The translations under genes and the position numbers were made by a program. The notes beneath the pieces are model-generated. The model had not been told where the DNA came from and searched no databases. It saw only the letters and a program-made list of their open reading frames with translations. A DNA stretch of 63,730 nucleotides, counting the filler, from Octopus bimaculoides (taxonomy: Eukaryota): assembly GCF_001194135.2 (NCBI RefSeq). It is 7 parts of 6 records of this genome, joined end to end, with 100 filler letters (N's around TTAATTAATTAA, not from the genome) between each part and the next. Parts side by side here need not be neighbours in the genome. Positions count along the whole stretch, not along the records: positions 1 to 19,349 come from NC_068982.1; positions 19,450 to 29,666 come from NC_068983.1; 5 more parts are not named here. One strand, given 5' to 3'. Numbering within the stretch: position 1 is the stretch's first letter; every line of letters begins with the position of its first letter. Below are positions 13,400 to 25,060 of the stretch, in pieces.

Positions 13400-14030
13400 C
13401 TTAGATATTAATATGAAACTTAACAGAAACAAATATAAGCTTGTTCACAAACCTAATGAGGATACTGCTTTCATCGATAGATGCTCTAACCATCCACCCC
13501 TAATTAGTTAATAAGTAGGCTTATTTACAATCTCTCTTTTCATGACGTAACCTTCCAAAAGCAGCTCCATATTACGACGCCGCTTTGGAAAGATCCTCTT
13601 TTAAGAACAATATAACCTTTATCTAACCAAATTTGGATGTCCGAAAAGACATAGACATAGAAAAATATTGTGGTATAACTCTCTATACAGCATGAACGTG
13701 GCTGCAACTTTAGCTAGATGAATTCTGAAACTTATAGACACCCATTTTGCACGCACACATAGATACCACGAGATCTTTAATAATACCACACTAAAAGTTA
13801 TCTATAATTGCCTTTCCCACATAGGTTCGATGATATTAAAAGACAATAAAAAAAATAGCATTAGGAACACTGCAAATAGATCTTGTAATTTCACATTCCT
13901 CTATAACTGTCCTCTGAATAAAAAGTGCCTGGAAATAGAACTGGTTTACAAGGTCATTACAGACAGACTAAAAAATTGGAATGACAAAGAAAAATACATG
14001 TACTTGACAGATTAAAAGATTTGTAGCACC
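13400..14030 (+). mobile_element. Degenerate Penelope-like element (Poseidon-type RT C-terminus to GIY-YIG)
   Basis: DINMKLNRNKYKLVHKPNEDTAFIDRCSNHPP; WYNSLYSMNV..LKLIDTHF..RYHEIFNNTTLKVIYNCL; CNF..NCPLNKKCL..LVYKV. Confidence 0.8.
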
Positions 14031-14607
14031 TCAACCTACAAATAACTGGAGTATCATAGCTTCACGTCGACCTTACCACCAATCTAGCCATGACAAATTA
14101 ATATATTATAGTTAATAATAATGAAGGTCACTTCCGTCAATTTTTACGTATAAGTATTAGAAGGAGTAGATTTAAAACAAGAAAGACAGAAAGAAAGAGA
14201 GAAAACAACTTTACTAATAAAAGAAGCTGCGCCTATATGCGATGGATGCATGAATATCTATTAAGTCAAAATATGGATTTTGCTGTGAAGTTACAATGAT
14301 AATTTTGATTTTGCCTGGGATTGGGCAATGAGTTTGTTGATTGTAGGATATAATTCCTTTATTGTTCTGTCTCTTAAACTCAAATTCTTTTGATACATAA
14401 CACATTTTATGCCTTGCCGATCGATCAAGGTAATGACTTTCCCAAGATGTCAAATTAAGGTGTAGAAACTTTTGTGATTGCTTCAAGGACGGGACTTCCT
14501 TTAGCGCAGTTTTCTTCTATTTATTGGCCATGCAAAAGAATTTCCAGAAAAATGTTAGAGGTAATTATAGATAATTTAATAATCAAAATAAAAAAAAATA
14601 ATAGTAA

Positions 14608-14675
<68 letters not shown>

Positions 14676-14696
14676 ATAATAATAAAATAATACTCA

Positions 14697-16523
14697 TATT
14701 GTCTTAACTTGTACGTCAGAATTGTCTTAACTAGTACGTCACAATTGGCTTAACTGGCACATCACAATTGTCTTAATTGGTACGCCAAACGTATCGACAA
14801 GAGCATATTTTCTTAACTGGTACGTCACACATATTGAGAAGAGCTTATTATCTTAAGTGGTACGTCACACGTATTGAGAAGAGCATATTGTCTTAACTGG
14901 TGTGTCACACATATAGAGAAGAGCATATTGTCTTAACTGCTACGTCACACGTATTCGGAAGAGCATATTGTCTTAACTGGTACGTCACACGTATTGAGAA
15001 GAGCTTATTATCTTTATTGGTACGTCACACGTATTGAAGAGAGCATATTGTCTTAACTGCTACGTCACACGTATTGAGAAGAGCATATCGTCTTAACTGG
15101 TACGTCACACATATAGAAAAGAGCATATTGTCTTAACTGGTGTGTCACACGTATTGAGAAGACCATATTGTCTTAACTGTTGTGTCACACATATAGAGAA
15201 GNNNNNNNNNNNNNNNNNNNNNNNNNNNNNNNNNNNNNNNNNNNNNNNNNNNNNNNNNNNNNNNNNNNNNNNNNNNNNNNNNNNNNNNNNNNNNNNNNNN
15301 NNNNNNNNNNNNNNNNNNNNNNNNNNNNNNNNNNNNNNNNNNNNNNNNNNNNNNNNNNNNNNNNNNNNNNNNNNNNNNNNNNNNNNNNNNNNNNNNNNNN
15401 NNNNNNNNNNNNNNNNNNNNNNNNNNNNNNNNNNNNNNNNNNNNNNNNNNNNNNNNNNNNNNNNNNNNNNNNNNNNNNNNNNNNNNNNNNNNNNNNNNNN
15501 NNNNNNNNNNNNNNNNNNNNNNNNNNNNNNNNNNNNNNNNNNNNNNNNNNNNNNNNNNNNNNNNNNNNNNNNNNNNNNNNNNNNNNNNNNNNNNNNNNNN
15601 NNNNNNNNNNNNNNNNNNNNNNNNNNNNNNNNNNNNNNNNNNNNNNNNNNNNNNNNNNNNNNNNNNNNNNNNNNNNNNNNNNNNNNNNNNNNNNNNNNNN
15701 NNNNNNNNNNNNNNNNNNNNNNNNNNNNNNNNNNNNNNNNNNNNNNNNNNNNNNNNNNNNNNNNNNNNNNNNNNNNNNNNNNNNNNNNNNNNNNNNNNNN
15801 NNNNNNNNNNNNNNNNNNNNNNNNNNNNNNNNNNNNNNNNNNNNNNNNNNNNNNNNNNNNNNNNNNNNNNNNNNNNNNNTATTATCTTTATTGGTACGTC
15901 ACACGTATTGAAGAGAGCATATTGTCTTAACTGCTACGTCACACGTATTGAGAAGACCATATTGTCTTAACTGGTACGTCACATATATTAAGAAGGGCTT
16001 ATTGTCTTAAATGGTACGTCACACGTATTGAGAAAAGCATATTGTCTTAAGTGGTACATGACACATATTGAGAAGAGCATATTGTCTTAACTGGTATGTC
16101 ACACATTTAGAGAAGAGCATATTATCTTAACTGGTACGTCACACGTATTGAGAAGAGCATATTGTCTTTATTGGTACGTCACACGTGTTGAGAAGACCAT
16201 GTTGTCTTAACTGGTACGTCACAAGTATTAAGAAAGGCGTATTGTCTTAACTGGTACGTCACACGTATTGAGAAAAGCATATTGTCTTAAGTGGTACGTG
16301 ACACATATTAAGAAGAGTTTATTGTCTAATCTGGTACATCACGTCACACGTATTGAGAAGTGCTTATTGTCTTAACTGGTACGTCCCACATATTGAGAAG
16401 AGCATATTGTCTAAGCTGGTAGTCACACTTATTGAGAAGGGTATATTGTCTTAACTGGTACGTCACACGTATTGAGAAGAGCATATTGTCTTAACTGGTA
16501 CGTCACACATATTAAGAAGAGCA
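14697..16523 (+). repeat. 40-bp minisatellite array (consensus ATTGTCTTAACTGGTACGTCACACGTATTGAGAAGAGCAT)
   Basis: Units recur every 40 nt on both sides of the gap 15202-15880; three 23-24-bp truncated units at the left edge; no unique spacers. Confidence 0.95.
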
Positions 16524-16768
16524 TTGTCACTGTGAATGTTCCTTCCCTTCTCCCCCTTTATGTTATTTGTTTACTTTTTTATCGTTTTAATTTTCATTTT
16601 CATCACTGTGTTTCTCTTTTTCTCTATCACAAGACTTTGTAAATGAACAATTGGTGTGTTTATTTTAATGACCTCTCTATGTATACTGTACGTTTCTCTG
16701 CCCTAGGTGTCAGGAGGACATTCGGCAAGAATTGGAAACTGGATTACAAAAGATGCTAATAATAATAA

Positions 16769-16827
<59 letters not shown>

Positions 16828-16830
16828 GAA

Positions 16831-16861
<31 letters not shown>

Positions 16862-16928
16862 AAGAAGAAGAAGAAGAAGAAGAAGAAGAAGAAGAAGAAG
16901 AAGAAGAAGAAGAAGATTGAGGAGTTTA

Positions 16929-17580
16929 TCATAGCAGCCCAAGATGAATGCCTACAAAGAGCTACCAGGCAAACATATTAAAGAACGGCAGTAGCCCATG
17001 GCGTGTATGTAAACAGCAAAATGATACCATCGATCATGTTGTCTCCATGTATAGTCTTTTTTGCCTACAGAGTATCTCAACAGGCATGATAGAGCTGGAG
17101 AGTATATTCACTGGGTAATTTGCAAAAACTTGGATCTGCCTCATGATAAAATCGACATAAATGTATGTCAAGGCCTACCAAAAGCTGAGCAAATGTAAAG
17201 ATCTCGAAAAAGAAATTGGCAAAATGTGGAATCTCAAGACTAAAACAATACCTATTGGCATAGGTGCCTTGGGAATGAGGGGAATATGTGCCTTGGGAAT
17301 GAGTAAGAAGGGCTGATTACTATCTAGCTCAGATGCCAGGAAATCCAAGAATGGTAGACATTCAAAAAATAGTGTTCATGGTACCTGCCCATATCCTACG
17401 TAAAATACTGTGTATCTAATCTCAAATTTTAAAACAAACTAATAATTATATATGGCACCCTAGTTATAACACCAATTTGAACTTCTAACTTGCTGTCTCT
17501 TGAGGTCTCTGTGTGAGATTTGGAGTCAACTTGTACAAATACAAAGCAAAAGTTAAACATATAATGACAATAATAATAAC
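16929..17580 (+). mobile_element. R4/Dong LINE 3' fragment with (AAT) tail
   Basis: IIAAQDECL..C..CKQQNDTIDHVVS..YLNRHDRAGEYIHW..CKNL..KDLEKEIGKMWNLKTKTIPIGIGALGM; flanked by (AAT)n(AAG)n. Confidence 0.85.
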
Positions 17581-17586
17581 AACTTA

Positions 17587-18170
17587 CTAACCTGGGCAAG
17601 CCATGAATCGATTATAAGAAAGTGTATGACATGGTCCCCCCATTCCTGGATTTTAGAAAGTTTTGAGCTAGTACATGTGTCTAATAACATATGAAATTTT
17701 ATTAGGAAATCAATGAAGAACTGGAATACAGAGTTAATTTCGTGTGGAAAATTTTTGGCGAAGATTAACATCAAGGGAGGCATATTTCAAGGAGATAGCC
17801 TATCACCATTGTTGTTTGTGATTTGTACGATAACCCTCACACTGGTACTACGGAAAGTGACAGTGGGATACACCTTGATAAGTGGAGGAAAATTCTGTTA
17901 TATATGGATTTCATCCATGTATAAGTACAAACTGCTAAAAGACGAAATAGTAAGATGTGGTCTATGAGAAGAGCGTCTGCCATCCCAGTAGTTGTAGGGA
18001 CACACGAAGAACTAATAACCAAGTTTGAGAAATATGTCAGAGAAATCGGAATTAACATGAGAGCAGAGCAAGACCAAATAACCGCACAGTTGTCCGCTCT
18101 CACAGAATCAACCAGGGCAAACAAGACCAAGCAGTCTAAGAAGTAAAGCAACAAAAACAATAAAAATAAT
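17587..18170 (+). mobile_element. R4/Dong LINE fragment (RT motif fused to extreme C-terminus)
   Basis: KSMKNWNTEL..INIKGGIFQGDSLSPLLFVIC..LTLVLRK then IPVVVG..KFEKYVREIGINMR. Confidence 0.8.
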
Positions 18171-18231
18171 GGTTTCAAATTTTGCCACAAAGGCAGCAAT
18201 TTTGGGGGAGGAGATGAGTCGATTACATAGA

Positions 18232-18382
18232 TCTCAGTGTTCAACCGGTACTTATTTTATCGAGCCCGAAAGGATGAAAGGTAAAGTCGACCTCGACGGA
18301 ATTTGAACTCAGAACGTAGCGACGGGCAAAATACTGCTAAGCCTTTCGCCTAGCGTGCTAACGATTTTGCAGCTCACCGCCT
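18232..18382 (-). mobile_element. tRNA-derived SINE, family A (Nin/Deu-domain-like)
   Basis: Reverse complement of the head GGCGGTGAGCTGC..GTTCTGAGTTCAAATTCC and GTCGACTTTACCTTTCATCCTTTCGGG..GATAAAATAAGTACC. Confidence 0.8.
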
Positions 18383-18419
18383 TATATAATAATAATAATG
18401 ATAATAATAATAATAATAC

Positions 18420-19288
18420 TGTACAAGCAATTGAAATGATTGAAACTGAAAATAGATGGGTAAAGAAAAGAATGCATGGATAATTTCATAGGGATGTTGA
18501 AGATAAGACAGACAGAGAAGAAAGATGGCTGTGGATGACTAAAAGTGATTTAAAACCGGAAACGGAGGCTCTAATCTGTGCTGCCCAAGAGCAAGCACTA
18601 AGAACAAACTACATAAAATACAGATTAGACGACACATCAGAAAGTGATAAGTGCAGAATCTGTGGACAAAACGGTGAAACCATATGGCATATTACCAACC
18701 GATGTACACCACTAGCCCACAAGGAATATAAGAGAGGCCACGACAATATAGCAAAGCTTATCCATTGGACACTTTGCAACAAGTATGCACTTGACAGAGT
18801 AAAAAATTGGTACGACCACAAACCCGAAGGCATCATCGAAAATGATAATGCAACGATCCTGTGGGATTTTATGATTCAGTGCGTCCATGGAGAATACGAA
18901 GTCAGACATAGTCTTCATTGAGAAAGAAAGCAAACTATGCTGGATCATAGATATAGCATGTCCAGCTGACAACAAGGTATGCGATGAAGAAGAAAGAAAA
19001 GTCGATAGGTATGACAGGTTAGCTTGGGAGGTAAAGCAGTTGTGGTCGATGAAAAAGATGGTAGTGGTACCAATGATTGTCGGAGCCAGAAACAGAGAGT
19101 AAAAATCTCGAGACGTACATGGAACAAATATGGGCTGCAATAACGGTGGAGCACTTGCAGAAAACAGCACTGCTTGAAACCGCTCGAATACTCAGGAGGG
19201 TGCTCGAAAAATAAGAGGTGTTACCTTAGTTCACTGGTAGTGGAAAGCTGAAACCGTAGTACATCTCCAGCATTAGAAGCTATGCAAA

Positions 19289-19349
<61 letters not shown>
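18420..19349 (+). mobile_element. R4/Dong LINE 3' end with (AAT)n tail
   Basis: LKPETEALICAAQEQALRTNYIK..CRICGQNGETIWHITNRC..EYKRGHDNIAKLIHW..WYDHKP..ILWDFMIQ..DIVFIEKE..IIDIACPAD; (AAT)n on both sides. Confidence 0.92.
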
Positions 19350-19449
19350 NNNNNNNNNNNNNNNNNNNNNNNNNNNNNNNNNNNNNNNNNNNNTTAATTA
19401 ATTAANNNNNNNNNNNNNNNNNNNNNNNNNNNNNNNNNNNNNNNNNNNN
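19350..19449. other. Artificial scaffold spacer N44-TTAATTAATTAA-N44 (also 29667-29766, 34596-34695, 37717-37816, 60169-60268, 62514-62613)
   Basis: Identical 100-nt construct six times; the 12-mer gives stops in all six frames. Confidence 0.97.
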
Positions 19450-19458
19450 GATATATAT

Positions 19459-20479
19459 AGGTGCAGGAGTGGCTGTGTAGTAAGTAGCTTGCTTACCAAC
19501 CACATGGTCCCGAGTTCAGTCCCACTGCGTGGCACCTTGGACAAGGTGTCTACTACTGTAGTTTCGGGCCGACCAAAGCCTTGTGAGTGGATTTGGTAGA
19601 CGGAAACAACAAGAAGCCCGTCGTATATATATATATATAATTTATATAAGGGCATTACTATATAATAATGCCTCACGCAAAACTAAGCACATATTTACCG
19701 AAAGCGAGGGAATGCAATTTTCAAAGTTAACCTCCTAAAAACATTTAACTTAACGGCAAATATATATATACTCTTTTACTCTTTTTACTCTTTTACTTGT
19801 TTCAATCATTTGACTGCGGCCATTGCTGGAGCGCCGCCTTTAGTCGAGCAAATAGACCCCAGGACTTATTCTTTGTAAGCCTAGTACTTATTCTATCGGT
19901 CTGTTTTGCCGAACCGCTATGTTACGCGGACCTAAACACATCAGCATCGGTTGTCAAGCAATGCTGGAGCGACAAACACAGACACACAAACACACATACA
20001 CATATACATACATATATACACGACGGGCTTCTTTCAGTATCCGTCTACCAAATCCACTCACAAGGTTTTGGTCGGCCGGAGGCTATAGTAGAAGACACTT
20101 GTCCAAGGTGCCACGCAGTGGGACTGAACCCAGAACTATGTGGTTGGTAAGCAAGCTACTTACCACACACCCACTCCTACGCTTATATATATATATANNN
20201 NNNNNNNNNNNNNNNNNNNNNNNNNNNNNNNNNNNNNNNNNNNNNNNNNNNNNNNNNNNNNNNNNNNNNNNNNNNNNNNNNNNNNNNNNNNNNNNNNNNN
20301 NNNNNNNNNNNNNNNNNNNNNNNNNNNNNNNNNNNNNNNNNNNNNNNNNNNNNNNNNNNNNNNNNNNNNNNNNNNNNNNNNNNNNNNNNNNNNNNNNNNN
20401 NNNNNNNNNNNNNNNNNNNNNNNNNNNNNNNNNNNNNNNNNNNNNNNNNNNNNNNNNNNNNNNNNNNNNNNNNNNNNNN

Positions 20480-20516
<37 letters not shown>

Positions 20517-20720
20517 TTGTGTGTCTGTTTGTTCCCCCATCATCGCTTGACAACCGATGCTGGTGTGTTTACGACCACGTAACTTAACTGTTCTGTAAAA
20601 GAGAATGATAGAATAAGTACTAGGCTTACAAAGAATAAGCTCTGGGATTGATTTGCTCGACTAAAGGCGTTGCTGCAACACGGCCGCAGTCAAATGACTG
20701 AAACATGTAAAAGAATAAAA
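19459..20720. mobile_element. Cluster of tRNA/CORE-type SINE copies, family B (19459-19630 +, 19771-20182 -, 20500-20720 +)
   Basis: Head GGAGTGGCTGTGTGGTAAG..GGTTCAGTCCC, CORE-like CACCTTGGGCAAGTGTC, internal (TA)/(TG)n, tail TGACTGAAACAAGTAAAAGAG. Confidence 0.85.
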
Positions 20721-21699
20721 AAAATATGCTTACGTCCTTGAAACCGGTATGGTTTTTGTTAGTAACCTTTTATTTACTTTAAGCTTAGCTGTCGAACGAT
20801 TTTAGATCGCTAACCTAAATACTAGAGTGAATAACATTAGGCAACAAATTGCAACATTTTGTCTATTAACAAACGGTTTCCTATTAATTCATTGGTATTG
20901 GATTCAATTCTGATAAACATATTTCAATATCATGTTCAGATTTCATGTAACTAATGACCCTGCTTTTCCTTTTCTTTCCCTCTATCTTTTGCCTTAGCAA
21001 ACTCTGTTACTTTCAATGCTATTTTTAATATTAGTTATACTTAAATGATGTTCACAGTGTTGCCCAGGATCTTTTTTTTTTTTTCTTACAGACAGTAGAA
21101 GTTTTATTGGCTCTATTACCATCCCTACACTCAATCATCCGCCTAAAGCGCAGAAACATTAAATTATTGCTACTGAAAAGCACTTCCTATATTGAAATGA
21201 AACTCTTATTGTAATGTCTTTTATTGGTTGTGGGATAAATAGCTGTCTTTCTGCAGATATCAACAATGATAAACGATCAAATTTCGGCTGAAATTTTTTT
21301 ATATATGCTTTCCATAAGGGAATTTTGCTGGAGGAAATACTCACCATGCTCAGTGTTTACTGCTCCAAGACTGGTAAGGAAGAAATTAAGGTGGAAATGC
21401 AAAACATTCTTTAGTAATATTTCACCACTCCTTTATTTTTTTTTTTTAGGATGGGGAACTGCCAGAATCGTTAGCACGCCGAGCAAAATGTTTCCTAGCA
21501 TTTCGTCCATCTTTACGTTCTGAGTTCAAATTTCACCGATATCGATTTTACTTTTACCTTTCCGGATTTCATAAAATGAGTACCAGTTGGACAGTTGGGG
21601 CGAATTGACTTAGCCTCTCCCACCAAAATCTGCTGACCTTGTACCAAAATTTGAAACCAATACTTCAGCATTTTACCTACAGGTTCATGGAAGATTCCT

Positions 21700-22110
21700 G
21701 CTACCTTGAAAATGTTAACAACTTCAACAAAAGATGTCCATGCACATAGTTCCACCTTATTTAGTTTAGGGGAATGCTCAGTCGCAAATGACACAGTAGT
21801 TTTTGGCCAGGCAAAAACTTTACATTCTAACTTTGCATCTGTTAAATTTCTAAGGATTTTGTCCTCTTAAATAATAAAAGATCTTTACCTTGACGATCGA
21901 GACACTTCACAAAATTTTTTGAGATCAAGTTTAATGTAACGAGGTGGAATATCATTTTCTGTGAATAAGCAAGTTCTGGCGTTACATATTATATTCCCCA
22001 ACAGCGTATTCAGTACTTAATGACAATCTTAATTTTGCTATCACATCTGCTATTCCGTAGGCACAAAAAATTTCATATGCTTTGTGTAACCCAACTGTAC
22101 ACTAAAAAGA
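21700..22110 (-). mobile_element. Degenerate DNA-transposase fragment, Chapaev3/CMC-like
   Basis: Frameshifted motifs QLGYTKH..FLCLRNSR; PPRYIKLDLK.FVKCLDRQG; LTDAKL..VF; ELCAWTSFVEVV resemble the GYTK.CCFLC.WDSR / PPLHIKLGLMKQFVKALD / AW.SF..VVKNFLG signature; family assignment is from recall. Confidence 0.65.
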
Positions 22111-22463
22111 AATATATAACTAAGATTGACAAAAATAGGACTTGAAGAGATTTAACAGAAATTCTATGGATTCTTAGATTAATCGAAGCTAGTGGCATAT
22201 ATTACATGTGTTGAAAGATTATCACTGGCATTGTGCTACAAAATGTATTAAAACCCACCTTTCTAGAGTCAGTGAAGAGTCTAAAAACTTCGGGATTATA
22301 TTTACAACTACTCACGTGTATCAGGCCATTAATATTACTACGGAAACAAATGCTTTTTCTCAAGTAACTAAGAATTCGACAACTTCTTATGACAACGATA
22401 TCGATAGAAAAATATGGTGTTTAGTTGAAGTACATATATATATACATACATACACATACATAC

Positions 22464-22521
<58 letters not shown>

Positions 22522-23584
22522 GTGGGGTGAAGTAATAAGGCAAATAAACACGCTTGGAGTTGATATATGAAATATGCATACGTACATACACATAACAGTT
22601 TTCGGGGGGGAGGTACGAAACTGCATTGGCCCCCACTCATGTACTAAATTTCCCATGATGGGTTCATTATAAGTTGCTTTTGCCATACCCTCTGCAACAC
22701 TACACCTACTAACTGGCAGTTTTACATATAAACTTTCAGTCCTGTTACGTGGACCATACCATCAAATCCACCATTAAAGTTCTAGTGGTGGGTTTGAAAC
22801 ACAATGTGAGCTACTGCTTAAAATTATCCCTCCTGAAAATGATTATATTCGCCTACCCACCACTGGCTGAAATACCATGGATTTTATAAATACTTAACGG
22901 AAAGTCTGTATTTTTATGTCCACACTATTGTACTCTGTTGTAGTTCACTTGTATTCTTGTTTTTGCTCTGATTATTATTCTTATTCTATCCTATTTAAAA
23001 GAATAAGAACACCTTATCTATTCTTAGCACTTATATATGTGTTAGCCACCCCTCCAACTACTTAGACCCTCTGAAGAAGCCTAGGGGCACATCCATTAAC
23101 CAAGCCTTGTCTGCTCATCCCTACATAATATTGAAAAGACGGAGATAACCTGGAAGATTTTGTTGCCACTTGGCAGAAACAGCCGTAAGGAACTAGCACC
23201 TGCACACCCATTAATTTCTTTGCTCATTTGTTTTTATATACCTATATGTATTCACGCCCTTCTCTATGCAGTTACCAGCTTTTACTACTCGCTAATATGT
23301 ATAACTTATACATATGTGTGTATTCATCCTTTACAATTGAATAAATAGACATACTTGAATGTTTACCGGGTGATGTCTGTCCATTTTGTATCCTCTCCGT
23401 TTTCTTATTTGCTGTATAAATCATGGGTAAATCACTCTTTTACTGCCGCACAGATATAATAATCAATTGCGAGATTGCCATGCAATAACTAGCACTTGAC
23501 TATGAATAATTGGGTACACTACCAGCAGTATATTGGATAAGTACTATCCCTTAGTTGGTTTCTCAACTTCTAACTCACACAGAA

Positions 23585-23677
<93 letters not shown>

Positions 23678-24268
23678 AAATATATCCACGGTGTATGGTG
23701 GTTGTTGTTTTGGGTGTGCTACCACACCCAATGTACCAAATTTTAAGCAAGGGTATAACGAAAGTTTTCCGTTAAGTTTCTGATTAATTTAATGAGTAAG
23801 GTTAGTATTTTTAATGAATTAGCCATTTTTTGCGTGGGGACGCAGATATTCCCTTGCTTATTGTCATATGTGACTTTAAACTGCATCTCATTTATATGTG
23901 AGGCTCTCGTTCGGGAGCTTCAATGTTTTGAGGAGAGTGGAACCGCCTCTTAGTCGCTATTGATCCCTGGTCTACTCTGATCCGGAGTAGTAGCACCTAC
24001 CGGAGACCCAGTTATAAATCTGTGTGTATACGCACGCGCATGTGCATGTGTGTGTTTGTATGTGTGTGTGTGTGTGTTTGTATGTGTGTGTGTGTTTGTA
24101 TGTGTGTGTGTGTTTGTGTGTGCATATATATATATAAAGTTAATTTTTGGTGTACGTCAATCAGTACATCACTCTTTAAACTATACAAACGCGCACACAC
24201 TCGTACACACGCGTATAGGCATGCATATGAATGTATGTATGCATATATATATATATATATATATATAT

Positions 24269-24319
<51 letters not shown>

Positions 24320-24892
24320 TATGAATGAGGGTACAGAGAAGGAGCGATAGTAATGAGGATTACGGGGAGAGTGACGAGCATATATACGCTAGCGGAAGCA
24401 ACTTCATACAGACACACACGCACACACACACACCACACAGACGTTCGCACACATACATGTATACACACACATGCACACACACACACACACAGATGTAGAC
24501 CCAATTCATACTCAGAGACATTAGACAGAAGCATGAAATTATTACTACCATCATAGAGTGAACAAAAAAATCCCTCTGCAACTACTCCAACACATCACTT
24601 GGTATTTCTAGACACCGTACGCCTACCTCACCCCTTACATTCTTGTACCATATGTAATGTAGCCACTCGAGAATAATCTACCTACTGGCCCAGATATTTT
24701 ATTTGATTCCTTGTAAATTATAATCTAATTATACTTTAAACATACATGCCATAATTAGCAAGTAATGGTAAAATTGGATTTTATTTCTTTAAGGTCGAAA
24801 AATTATAGAATGAAACAAAACAAAAACGCAGAATTGCTGAGTAAGTTGTTATGTGTGTTGTTATTGCTGTTTGGCACTATCGCTGCTGCCGC

Positions 24893-24926
<34 letters not shown>

Positions 24927-24947
24927 CTTCTTCTTCTTCTTCTTCTT

Positions 24948-25060
<113 letters not shown>

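Noticed and set aside
14697-16523. CRISPR-like array
   Set aside because: Contiguous 40-bp units with no unique spacers, no cas genes, eukaryotic context
19394-19405. Recurrent TTAATTAATTAA as a biological motif (six occurrences)
   Set aside because: Always centred in exactly 44+44 Ns; it is a scaffold linker
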